A stretch of 64,000 nt of DNA from Lineus longissimus (Eukaryota), in contig NC_088308.1 in NCBI RefSeq assembly GCF_910592395.1, positions 1,240,001 to 1,304,000 of the forward strand, given 5' to 3'. Positions 1-13,500 of the stretch are shown here, in pieces (the first letter of the stretch is position 1; each line of letters begins with the position of its first letter). The position numbers and the translations under genes were made by a program. The notes beneath the pieces are model-generated. The model ran no database searches. It had not been told where the DNA came from and worked only from the letters and a program-made list of their open reading frames with translations.

Positions 1-1593
1 TTAGTCTGCCTGCCTATTTTGGTTTTCCGATATCAGTCCTTGGACTTCTACATAAGCTCGGGCAAACTAATTTTAGGCTTATAACACCATTCGACATGTT
101 GATCTACAATCTATGTACTTCATCGAATGGTCATTCTCTGTGATCTGATCTTGGTGCTCAATCCCACCCCCGCACTCCCACTCCCAGGCACGACAAATTT
201 CCAGACATTCATTAGTCTCCCTGGTGTTCATCGAGGGGAAGGAATCACCCCACCAGTTACCATGGTAACACGATCCCTTGGTTGCCTGGTACATTGTAGT
301 AGTAACTGTGATCGAGATTTTACTGGCTGTATTCAATTGGTAGATCGTATATTTTTGTACATGTATGCATGGTTACAACTTGCAATTGCATCTAAAATAC
401 ATGAAGTACTGGCATGTAACTTGTGCGCAATTTGTCTCTGGAATTAGTGAAAATTAAGTTAGGCCTGCATTCCGTTTTTTTGGTGATGCCTTTTGATTGC
501 AGTTTGATCAATCTTTGGCAAAAAACCATAAATTTGCAAGAAAACCCAACATATCTCATGTTCAAGTTGTCCCTTCATGTTGCAGACCAAAGTTGACGTG
601 TTTGACTTGAACATATTACCCAAAGAGTAACAACAACAGTAGTGTGCCCAAGGACAGGTATTTTGCTTCACCATTCACTGTCACTGCTCTTATAAAAACA
701 ATTGGAAATCAAAGTTTGAAGTGTAGAATTTTGTGATGCCCTAAGTCAATAATTGTGAAGGTCATGTTGATCTAGACGATATGAAATACTGATGTCCGTG
801 ATTGCATGCTGTCAAATGTGTGTCCAATATGAGTGACCCAGACATATCATATCATCGAACAATGCAGTAATCAGCATCTGGCTCCGTGTAGGAGGTTGAC
901 GTCACTTCAATAAATGGTATTTTGTCATGTGACAATAGTCTTAGAGTACTCTGTAATGACGTCAGTGGGTTGTAGTGTCTCTCTCTGGCACTTGGTGTCA
1001 GTGAGTGTACTGTATTGATAAACAAAATTTATAGACATTTACTTTTCTGGGTCATGACATCAGTCTGTGCTGAACAAATCGTGTTTTGAAAGTGGACATA
1101 ACTGGTCTGAGGACAGGATAGGTCATATCAATAATCATCTGGTAAAGGAACGTAAAAGGAATATCAAGGCCTTCATATTACTCAGGCAAGCTTGTTTTAT
1201 GTAAAAGTAAACATTTCTAGTGAGTACTATTCAACTAGTGTACAAACTTTACAAATTTCTTTCGAATTTGCATTAGTTAGATTCAATGATGAATCTTTTC
1301 CTGATATTGACATCAGAAGAGAAACTACAGAAAATCCTTGTTTCAGAAAATGCACAGAGCTGTTAAAAATTGCCATGTAATACATAATACTAATTCAGAA
1401 TAATGCCTTTCTCATTTCAGATTGAGTGAGACCTGTCTGTTAACCTACGACCTGTTCTGTCGTCTCCTGCCTCAGCTGCAGCAGACGTGATCTCCAGGAA
1501 GGATCAACCCTCTGTTACGCTGGATCTCTTGTTGTTATCGTATCTCATCATTTCCTCCGGGATACCTACCGCTGATCATACATCATCAAAACC

Positions 1594-4500
1594 ATGTACC
1601 CACAAGTCGATAGTGCTGCAGGAGCGGGAGTGGAGAGCGCCAGCGGAACCAATACATTCGACTCTCCCCAAGATTCTGGGATGGAATCCGACGACTCCGA
1701 TGATGACATGGACATGGACATGGACGCCTGCATGGTAGACAGTGATGAGGATTTCTTCTCAACGAAGAGCATGACAAAAAGTGATGAAGAAGAGGAAAAA
1801 GAGGAACCCGTGGCCACCGCTGATGCTCCGAGCGAGCTGCCACCGAGTTTCAAAATGTCGCTACGACAGCGCCGCGTGAGTAAATCAGAAACGCTACCAC
1901 TGCTGAACATCCAGCGAGCAATGCAGTTGCAGGGACGAGGAGGGTTTACTATCCCTTTGGCAGTACCAGAATCTCAAACACGCTTTTCAGGGCGGCAGAA
2001 CTGGAAGAGGGCGTTCGCCAAGCTGAAGTTGATTAAGGACCCGTGGAAGGAGTTTCATCTTGATGAGTTAGAGTCTGAGCCAGCGACGCGCCATCGTTAC
2101 AACGCGCTGAAGAAACAGTGGGTGACCGACGAGGTAGTGGTCAAGATGCAGAAAAAGGTGGGTGGTGTTTTATGACTGTCACTCCAGTCCCATACCTCTT
2201 CCAAATCTATTACTGAATTTCGCAACAGGATAATGACAGATACCTCTTTGTATCAATGTTCTAATTTCTTTTTTAAATTGCGCAATAAATTTCCTATCTT
2301 CCAAATGTATGTTCCTAATCTTGTGACTAATCTGATTTTTCTTTCATTTTTCAGCCATTTGCCCACGGTGCCATGCGAGAATGCTTCAGGGTGTAAGTAT
2401 CATCTTCACTTTCATGGCTTATGCCGGTGCAAGCAACATAGTCTGGGTCTGTCCAAAGACAAGAGCAGCCTGATGTCTAGCTTGAGCAGCTTTATCTTGT
2501 TTGGAAGGATGTCTAACTTGAGCAGCCCCATCGTGTTATTTGTTCACAGAAGCTTGAAAATGTCATAGTTCATCACAATGCCCTGGATACAGTGGTGCCT
2601 GGTATTGGTGGTTGCCATGATTACGGAATGAGATGCTGGACCGGATACTCCTGCTACATTTTCATCACTCCAAAAACTACATGTAGGCCCTAAAGGATGA
2701 GTTACACTAAAGCTGATTCAATTTACTTTCAACTACATATATAGCAGTAAAGGCAGTATTGTTGGGCTATCTAAACTACAGGCATGACAGGGGCCAAAAT
2801 TAGCCTGCTGTAGGCTTCTAAACCAGGATTTGGCTGTAAACATGAAACCCCACAGTGTTCACACAACCAAACATTCAAAGAACGTCTACACTGCTAAAGA
2901 GGGCTTCTATGAAATGATTGTACGTCATCCACTCTCAACTCTATTATGATTGGGAAATGATCTGGGATCTATTGGTCATGACTCTATGATATTTTGTCCT
3001 GCTCTAATTCTGTGTCATCTGACAGTGTTTACTTCAGAAATGTAGGTCACATGGATTAAAGCCAAACTCTGAACAATGATATCGATCATGTTGATACTTG
3101 AGTGATATTACTATTAGAGTACTGATGTCAGGCACCCTACTAAATGACATTGCAATCAACTAGGCCTATATTCCGAGTGGGCTTTGAGGGCTAGTGGGCA
3201 CGAGATGATCGATAATGCATTGTGTGTTCGAATAAATGTGAAGTTTTCCTTCTTTCGTCAAAACAAGGAAGTTATATGAATATTGCTCAATCCTATATAG
3301 AGAACAAATTAATGCAGATGAAATATTGCTGATTAGACATGTTGATGTAGTAAAAGAATCTTGCTCTGGCTGCACCAGTGCCAAATAGCAGGTTGGTGCT
3401 AGTGAACTGTTCTTGAAAGATGTGAAATGACAATTACACAATCTTAGAAAAGTGTATTTCAGATATCCAGTAGTATAGTGATCATGGTAATGATAAAAAT
3501 ACAGCAGTTTATAATGTGTCAACCCTTCTTACAGAAAGAAGATCTCCAGTCTCCTCCATCATAACCAAGACTGGAAGAAAGCGCAGAACTATGTGGGCAA
3601 GCGTTACCTGCAGGATGTGGACAACTCCACTTATATGGAAGATGTTGTCCTACAGATGGATGCCAAGCTGTGGGGTGAGGAGTTCAACAGGCACAACCCC
3701 CCTAAAAAGGTAGGAATGAATGATTTAGGCTCTACATGCGATAGCTCAGTATTGAGAAGAATGCTTTGACGTGTTTATCAATATAAGAGGCTTTCTTCGT
3801 ATTCTGAAAAGGCAGGGCGCCCCCTGGCGAGGCAGGGCACCACACCGTGCTTAAAGTTTGAGCTGAAACAGTATCATGTAAGCACACGTTCATGATGTAG
3901 TACATGTCCATATAAAAAAAGGTAGTGTTTCCCAGGTTACCATCAACTCAATACATTGTCTTAAAAGTACTTTGACGTACAGTAGAACCTCTCTATTAAG
4001 GACACCCTCGGGACTGACAAGTACTGTCCTCAATAGAGAGGTGTCCTGATTAGAGAGATTAAATTGAATGGAAACAACCAATTTGGGACCAAACCTAGTG
4101 TCCTTAATTGAGAGGTTGTCCTTAATAGAGAGGTGTCCGCTAAGGGAGGTTCCACTGTATGTTGTTTTGCAAGATCTTCTTTCCTTTGAACATTTTGTCT
4201 TGTGAGGGATATCATGTGCAGCACCCTGCTGCCGGCATGTAGGCTTAACATAACATGGGCTTTATTTGAGCCTCTCAAGGCATTTATTGTGTTCTGTAGC
4301 AAGGCCTATTTCATGTTCACAGTAAAAAGTCAGTCAACAATATAAAATGATAGAGCCTACCAGATATTGACATGGCCTGCGCTGGCCTGGATGGCTAAAG
4401 GTTTTGCATCATATTTGTTCTGCAAGTGCAGGTTGGAATTTGAGAAGGGTTGCATCAAGACTGTGGGCTTTCATGTTCTACTTTAGAGGGGTTTTGTGCA

Positions 4501-7500
4501 AATCAAGCTATCTTTTGTTTTGAAAGGAACTAGGAACCATTGCTTTCAGCATGCATTCAATGCTGCTGTTTATGACTAACAAGGCCTGCACATGTATGTA
4601 CACAAGAACAACACCAGCAAAATGAGGGTGTTGTGTACTGCTGCTTCAGTATACCTGTACTGAGGAGTGAGTGCGTGTGCCTGTCATGGTACAGAGAGGC
4701 ATGTATTACTCATCTGCCTTTGTAACTGCACCTGTGTGCCATCCGGGGTCGTTGATTGAAGAGATTCTTTGACTGTAAACAGTTTTTGCCTTCTCCTTCC
4801 AGGTGGATATCTTTCAGATGTCACTGCTTGAGTTCCACGACCGACCGGGCAAACCCCTCTACCATCTGGAGCACTTCATCGAGGGCGAATACACCAAGTA
4901 CAACTCAAACTCTGGCTTTGTTGATGAAAAGATGAGGCTCACTCCTCATGTAAGCAGACCTCTTCATTCATAATGTTATTTGGGAGTGGCCTGCTATTTC
5001 TGAGAAAAGTCTTGCGCTTGACTAAGATTTTTTCCTAGAAATGGACGCCCACATCATACTATTACTATCTTCAATTCAGCAGAATCATCCCATCAGCTTC
5101 CATTGAAAAATAAAAAAATACCCAGCACTTATGCTGTCCTCATTTTCTTTTCCATGATGAAAAATCTAAAAAATTAAAAAAGTTAAAGTTAGATAAGTGT
5201 GATATCAACTATGGTGGATGTGATCATCTGATTTCACAAAGTACTGATTCTTGATACCGTCTCCTTTCTACTCTTTTGCAGGCATTCAGCCACTTCACGT
5301 TTGAGAGGTCCGGCCATCAGTTGATTGTGGTGGACATCCAAGGAGTAGGAGACCTGTACACTGACCCGCAGATCCATACCCACAACGGCTTAGGCTATGG
5401 CGATGGCAACCTGGGCACAAGGGGCATGGCACTGTTCTTCTACTCGCATGTCTGTAACTCGATCTGTAGCAGCCTGGCGCTCTCTGAGTTTGATTTGGCC
5501 GCATCAGTGGTCTCGCTTCAAAAGAAGTACATTGATTTCCAGGTGGGTGAAAGGTTGGACTTACATAGAGTTGACGCTTGACTCATTTTCAAGAGCGGGT
5601 AGCATTGGATTTGTACTAAATTGTAGTGTCACTATTCAACCTAAGTCAGATCATGTCCTGTTTTCAAGCCAAAGCCAATGGTAACAGATATTGTGACTTG
5701 TGTACCTGGTCAAGATTTTTAGTGTCAAACACGTCGAAGCAAAGACGTTCCTTATAAACTTCACCAAAAGGTTAGTCTTGTGCTGACCTTGGTTATAAGA
5801 AACCTGAATCACTCTTACCTTTGTCAAATGATTTCTTCCAGAAAAGTGCTGCAACCATCGTACGTGGTGCGGAAGAGTTCTGCCATAGTCCTTCGCCACA
5901 AGAGCGAGTGGACATCAGCCGTTTCATTCGTACAAGGACGATATCTGGCTGCAGTATCGGATCAAACGGAGAGGGTGGAGGAGACTCTGACTTGGACTCG
6001 GATCACGATAGTGTCAAGTCGGCTGATGACGAGGTGCCCATGATGATATCTCCACCGATGATATTTATGCGGCGTAACCGATTCACTGCGAATATCAGTG
6101 AATCCGACGGAGATACTCTGACAGAGGTAAGCCGTCGTTGATCTCTTGTTTGTCATCTCCCTCAGCATATGAAGTGGCCAAATTATTCATTTCAAACATG
6201 AACGAACCTGCAGTCATCCTCTTATCTACTTATCTTATGGAAAAGGCCCAACATATTCGGCTGGGTTGAACTACTTTGCTGGGGGCACTTTACATGGTTC
6301 GCTACAGCCTCATTCGTGTCAGTGACATACTAAATGTCTTGCATTTTGTTTGAATGTGTCATAGTACTGTGCATCATGACATCATTAGACTGGCGTTTCG
6401 GTCCATCATGGCATGCATCATGGCATTGTGGACCGGATACCAGTCCTTTGTGTAGTGAAGTGGGATGTAATCTGTTTTACTTTCAATCTGTTTTGAAATG
6501 TAGTTTTTGATCCCATTTGATTGCAAATCACAGCTACTATCAATGTGAAAGATACCAGCTGTAGATCGACCAGTTCGTTTAGTTCCTTGCCTGGATTCTT
6601 TCAATTCTATAAAAATTATGTTAAAAATGGTTTATTTTGACTTACAGCATTCGGTAAGTTTCACATTTTCAAATGCACTGTCACATTACAATAGAACATC
6701 CCAGACATTAGCACAAGTTAAAGTTGTTTTCTTTGATTTTAAACTAGGAGCTCACTGAGGTAATGTAGTGGAATATGTTCTTAGCAATTACGGAGTTTTT
6801 CCATTCAGAATGATACTTAAGTCCTGGACATTGTTCAACATCAGTTGTTGCATTTTGTGAGAAATCATTTCCTGGTCATCGTGTTTATAAATTTCCTGCA
6901 TTTGGCGTTTACATCACAGTTGTGAATTTGAATATCTTGTCATTCTTTTCACTTCATTAGTCACTGCGGTCTTCTTCGCTTGGTCACTCTCTATGCTCGC
7001 TACCTGACGGAGGACATTTTCCTGCGGCGTGTCATTTCTGCTTTTCAAAATAATTGCCTGCCAACTGCTGTGCTACGAAAACCATTGCTTTATACAGAAA
7101 ATAAAGAGTACTGTATGAAATGCAGTCTAAACTACAAATAGTATTTCATATTTGCTGAAAATTTTCAGGATCAGGAATGCCATTGAACTGAATATATTTA
7201 GGTGTCCTTGAATGCCAATAATTTGAGTTAAACATGTTATTCTTATCAGTTATATTAACTGCATATGGCAAAAATTTACTATTCTGGGTGCGAAATGTCT
7301 CAGAACTGGTTTATGTGGACTCCCACCAAGTCTTACTCTGTTTCAATCTTAGCTGGGTGTTATAATCAGTGCATGCACCTTCTCCAGTTTGTATGGGTAC
7401 ATGTAGTTGGGGCAGTTGTTGAACTTGATACAGACACAGCTTCATTTCTCATCAGAACCTGTCAGTTGCACCCACAAAGTTTACAATTTCTGTCTGCCTT

Positions 7501-10500
7501 CATGCATTGGTGAGTGAGTTGTGAAGTTACATATCTTCTGATGTAGAGATAAGATGGGTTTCACCTTCACCTTCTGTGCACCTTGGATTTGCCATTCAGT
7601 TCACCTTGCAGAAAGCAATGATTTTCAGGCCACATATCACCCAACCCAAAGGCCTTGAATTCTTGAAAACAATAACAACATTCTACAGGTACAAAGAGTT
7701 GACCTACATTCTTTTGAACAGTCAGACAGCAGTATAATAGAACTTTGTACTGTAGTGATCTTGCACTCAAGTGTATAAGATTCGTGGAGACATTAGATGG
7801 TTTCTGCCTTGTGTGTCAACACCCTCTTGCTGAAGAAGTCTTCTTGTGCCTATAGCCACATGCATCCTGAGGAAATCAGGGGTTAGTGTGCTTCTCCGGC
7901 CCTGTACACAAACCCCTGAGACATTCACCCTCATCTGTTGAAGTTTGAAAATGTCTCAGGAACAGGTGTCTTGGGCTGGATGAGCGACTGATCCCTCAGG
8001 ATGAGCCACATGATGATTGAATGTGTTGAGGTGGACTCCTAACAAAAGCATGAATTTGGACATGGGTTTACAGTGCACTATGCATGTCAAGCTGAAGAGG
8101 GAAGATGTAAGTGCCCAGTTTGTCTCTCCACTCATACCAGGTCAATAGTTCAGTCACAGACTATCAAGTTCAATACAGGTTGACTCGGCTTAGTTTCTGT
8201 TCTCATGCCTTGGGATTAACCCATTTCTGTCGAGATAAGAAGACGAAACACATGTTGTGATTCAAAACTAACATGGCTGTTGTTATTGATCACTGATACC
8301 AGTCTGTGATCAACATGACACTCATGGTGACCCATCACAGCAAAACCAGGTGCATAGCACCCTGAGCTTAGCAGGTTGAGACAGACTGGTTGTTCATGTC
8401 ACTGTTTGCTGCCTTTTGTGAACTCTGAGTTTATCAATTTCTTCCATTATCGTCTGGTGTCATTCAGGTTCATCTTCTGTGCGACATGGGTCTCATATTG
8501 CTGTGACATGGGTCTCATATTGCTGCGACATGGGTCTCATATTGCTGTGACGGGTCACAATTAGTTATCATAGAAGCAAAGCAAGGCTCCAATTGTTTGA
8601 TTGATCCCAACTCCCAGTTGTTTTATCCTCACCCTAACTCCTTCGTCCTCTTGGACCATTTTGCCACTTTCCTAAAACCAGAAATCATTGTTATGTTGTT
8701 TGTTTCAGAAGTTACTGATCACTTGTTGTTGGACCCTAACCTTAAATTATCTGAAATTAAATAACTTGCACGGTTTTGAAAATACTGTTTAGAAATGATA
8801 CTCTTGCAATTGTTTTGTTTCCGACTACTTAAAATGTGTGATGATATTTCTCACAAACTGCGATGTTCCATTTCAAACACCTGTCATGAGGAGCAAGCTC
8901 TCAATCCCAGTCACATGTAATGGGTTGTACTCAGCAGTCCAGGCCTTTGATCAATAACTGATTATTCTATAAGCATCTTTCATTGTCATGTTGCCAATGT
9001 TTAATGATGAAATCCCGTGACTACTGGCAAACCCTGGACATCACCTGAACGATGATTGCTAATGAGCTCATCTGCTGTAAACCCCCTGGCAAAAAACGAA
9101 ACAGATGCCAAACCTGATTGTGGTGGGGTTTGATGTGGCCACAAGAGCTGGCCAAATTGTTCCAGTTGTCAAACTAGAGCTAATCTTTCTACAGCTTCAG
9201 ATAATCACAACACATCTCACATTGCTTCCTTTTCCATATTTGCTTCAAGATCTGCCTTCAGGTTTCACCAACTCACTAAAAGTTGTTTGGGAAATGCGCT
9301 GCAGAAAGTTGCTTGCCTCCTTTGAAAACTCAGCTTTCTTTGCAGTTAAAAATGCTGGCAGTTTTGTTCCAGATTTTGTATTATTTGATTCCTGTATCCA
9401 AATTTCAGCTTGATAAAGAAAGTCCTCGTGCAAGGAGACTAAACAATCCAATTGCTCACCAACCATCTGATAGTTGGAGTAAACTCTATGGGAAAGAAGT
9501 GGTAAATGCCTTTGTGTGGTTTTAATTAGGAGTTTTAACTTAGTCACACACCACACTCATTCATTCATCTGCCAATTGCAGTAGATTATGTGAAACACAG
9601 CAGGCAAGTCCTATTGACATCTGGTGATGATAATGTGCTCACACGATTTCAATATTGTACAATAGGATATGTGATCAGTCACGGTACAACCATCTGTAAC
9701 AATCAAATGATTAACTCAGGTCATTCACCCAAAATCTAATAATAATGCACTTCGAAGGCAAGGCCACTTTGCTTTAGCCTATCACTGCAGGATTAAAAGT
9801 GCAGTTTTGTACCCAACACCCTTTGATTATGACACTCATACTGTTGACTTTTAGACACTTTAAAGTTTAACAGCTACAGAAAGTTGAAAAAAACAAGCAC
9901 CAACAAACATTAGAATACACCTTCTCTCTAAAATGAGTCTTTCCAACACATGAGGTGCTTAAAGTTCTGGACACATCGTAGCTGGACAATTAGATGCTTC
10001 TTAAATTTAGAATTACCACAGAGATTTCAGATTCTTTCAGGTAGATTAGAACCTCAACTAACCGTCAAAGAACCTTCATTCATATTCACATAACAAAGAT
10101 GTTTGAAAATTATGTTGCATTCTTCGAAATTGAAAATGCTTTCAAATTTTCAGAATGGTACCCCGCTCTCGCCGCGGGACAGTTGGACGAAAATGTATGG
10201 GAGATTTGTGGTAAATGACGATGAGATTTATAGCCCTTCTCGTCAAGTATGTGTTGTGTTCTGTTGTCAGGTGCCATAGATGCTTATGCTACCTCCTGTC
10301 ATCATTCACAAACAAGGGGACATGTGCTCATCTGTCAGTCACTGTCTTGTGGAGTCACAAGTTTGTTTGAACGATGAAACTATGTTTTGCATCAACAAGC
10401 AAACTTCTGCTCTAAAACGTGTTGTGGGAACAGCCTTCAGAAGTGAAGGTCATATCATGAGGGGACATGAGGCAGTATGTATCTATTTTGTTATAGTTAT

Positions 10501-13500
10501 GGCCCATGTGGTCGTTTGAGGTGGATGTAAAGACAGAAAACATTCACTACTGGCATGAAAACAACACATACATCTTTTTCATGACTTTAGAATTACTTTA
10601 AAGTTATTTATTTTAAAAGTTATTCATACAATGGCTGATATATTAGGGGTTGTGGCTAATTGTGTCTTAGCACCACACTTCAACTTTTTTTTCTCCTAAG
10701 TTAAGAAGTTTCCTGCAGAGGTTGTGTTTTTTTGTGCTTTAGTTCTTCCAATTTTGCAATGTAATGCAGTTAAGCCTTTTATAAACAATTCTTGTAAAGG
10801 TGTAACGTCAGTCATGGTGTTAATTCTGAGACTATAATACGCACAACGGTCGACAGTCTGGTGATGATATGTCGTCCATGCAAATGAGAAATGTGACTTG
10901 GAGGATGTCATTGGCTGCACATACCTATTGTTACCCTATCATTTCACTGTTACTCAATGTGACATGTTTTGGTCCAGTCCTGGTTATGGTTGGTACATGT
11001 AGTACTGTCAAGAAGAGCAACTGGGACTGCCCTCTAGTGAGAACGGCCACAGTTTGTCATGTGTGTCAGGTGAACATTCAGTGTCATCCTAGCATGGTAG
11101 TTGTGATGTCCTCCTCTGAATTAGACTAGTCCTCGTGAGTACGCGCTGTGTCTCATTTAGATTTGAGTGGTCGTCCTGTTGCACATCTCTTCTGTTTGAT
11201 CTGACAAAGGAGAATACTGTGCAAGGTCAGTTAGTTGACCGGCAAAGAGTTGAAGGGTCAGTTTTACCAGAAACTGTTCAGCCACTTCACAAAATATGGA
11301 TGGATTTTATATCACTTAATCATGATGCATCCATGTTGTCATGGTTCCCAGCACTCCCGTCGTGACAGCCATCCCATAATGCTCAGATAGAATAACATAT
11401 GACGGAACTCATAGCCTGAAGCCTTGCTTAGCGATAACAAATATGATTAATAGTAAATAGTAGGCCTTTGATCAACAATTCTGGACATGTCGGCTGAGTC
11501 GCATCGCCCACTAGGCCATCTGCGGGAATATCCAGTCACCTAATGATATCATGACCAAGTAGTTCTAGGCACTTGTCTTGTTAGATTGGTTATTGGTTGA
11601 GGTCTCAGTTGTCAGCCTATTAGTTTATCCTCTTGCATGACAATGATCATATATGATGTGTGTTTGGGTAATCTGCATTGTTCTTCAAGGAGTGCATCGT
11701 CGCAAGGTGTACAAAAATAAAGACGGAGACAATTCTGTCTTGTTTAGTGACCATGACCACAACCAGAATACCTTGTTTCAACGGTAACTGAGAGGCCTAC
11801 TGCATCAGCTGTTCCCAGTGAGACCCCTGATCATCTCACCTGAACACACAATTCTCAAGAGTACTCTTCTCAACACTCTTCTGTGCTTCATCAGTGAATA
11901 ATAAAATCTTCTGCGATCGTGCCAATTCCCGGTCTGATCATGCCCGGGGTTGGGATTCACGTCTATTGATTTTGTTGTGTCATTAGTAGAAACTGCGCAG
12001 TATTCTAAAGAGGCCTAGTCACAGTGTTTAAAAAATGGAAAGGACGTTATTAACTGTCATTTTGACTGTAGCAAGCTGAGTCACACCAAGGACCACTAGT
12101 TTAATTTTAAATCATCAATATTAGCCCTTATGCATTATATAATGATAAAAAAGATAACAAATTTAACTATGTATTTTTAACACAGGTTGTAGGATTTAAT
12201 TTATTTCATTTCATACTTCTAAAGATTTCTAATTAATCTTATCAAAAATAGCTTGGTGTCTCATTGATTGAGCCCTTTGGTTTCTTGTTTAATACAAAAT
12301 CTTGGAAGATTATCTTTTTTCTTTTCTTTGAACATAGCATTTGGTGGCAGAAACAGTCACAGTGTCATCACTAAACATTTGGGAAGAACTTGCTGTTTGA
12401 TATATTAGTGTGACCGTGCTTTAATCATTTTGAAACATAGTAAATACTGGGGCTTATTGCCACCTTGTGAATGTAATATCTTTTGTAAATTAAACCATTT
12501 TCTTCACCAGCTTTCAAATTCGAAATGAATTCAAGTAAACTAATTTGTTCATGGCTGATGTTTATTGTTGTGACAGTGTTAGCAGTCCCCTTCTCTATAT
12601 TACAGGAGGAAGAGAGACAAGCATTTGCAGCTGCCATGAAGAGAATCCATCGTCCTTCGTGCATCACCAACGAGTTGAACCTGAGGAATACAGGAGACGT
12701 TGGTGTGGCAGCGGTCAAGAAGGTTGGAGACTCCATCTTAGGCCAGGTACAGTTAGTCTCCTCTCAACACTTGGAATAATGGCCGGTGGTGTCATCTTCT
12801 TCAATCTTTCAATGTTTTTGCTGAGATATCTTTCATGACAGAAGATGGAGATGAAATTGTGTGACCTGTTCAAAATCCGATAAGAGCAAAATTCAAGAAT
12901 TATCCATCTGGCTTCAGTGTATGAATGTCACAAGCAATACCTTTGGCCATATATGTTCCCTGGCGATAGTCTGCCATTTTGTCATGAAGGGCATGTCTGC
13001 CGTTCTCGTTGCAGGTGCATCATGATATGACCAAGTATCACGAGTGTGGCCGCTTCTGTATGAATGATAGTGACATCGACTGGGAGGCTGCGGTCTATCA
13101 CGAAGAGCAGGCAGCCAAGTTGGGCATCATGGAAGCCATCCTTACCTTGGCCAAACTCTATCTTGGTTTTCCCAGAGACATCTTGGTCAATTGTACCATT
13201 ACGGTAGGTTGTTGAAACAGTCAAATGAGTAGTTTTTGCTTAAGTGTGTACTAAAATGTGGTACACACCTTGTCCATATTCTATGTGAACATGTGATATT
13301 CCAGTCGGTCTGATGCCTTCTTATCACAAGTCAACACTGCTTCATCCAATGTGGTTTGGACACGATATTGCTACTCTACGTCATTCAATGATTGTTTATC
13401 TTTCAGGAGACCGAGTCAAACCTTCAGAGAGGCTTTGACTATTTGATGTCAGCTGCCAAGTTCAACGACGTCGATTCCATGATCAACATAGCCAAGGCTT

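Larger units (their letters stand above)
6374..11600 (-). pseudogene. Decayed nested B-box/coiled-coil (TRIM-like) gene fragments, probably two tandem units, antisense in EEF2K intron
   Basis: Minus-strand frames interrupted by stops (many TGA) and frameshifts: TTCTNHNQDWTKTCH (~11000), DHMGHNYNKID (~10500), coiled-coil QMVGEQLD..KEASNFLQ..ADLEANMEKEAM*DVL*LSEAVERLALV*QLEQFG (9500-9110), TTCTHTNWRRCMH (~7400), coiled-coil QENVLRQVASIESDQ..QEMISHKMQQLM (7070-6790), paralogous AEYNPLHVT (~8920) / TDYIPLHYT (~6460). Confidence 0.5.

Noticed and set aside
8630..8745. Telomerase RNA template-like CCCTAAC(C) hits
   Set aside because: Short matches expected by chance; no pseudoknot, CR4/5 or H/ACA context seen.
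6750..11420. Selenoprotein or TGA read-through explanation for the TGA-rich antisense frames
   Set aside because: TAA/TAG stops and frameshifts also occur, TGAs fall at non-Cys-like coiled-coil positions, and no SECIS was recognised; CGA-to-TGA decay is simpler.
11689..11784. Second possible plus-strand EEF2K cassette exon
   Set aside because: Weak acceptor, and the phases do not match the flanking phase-0 exons.
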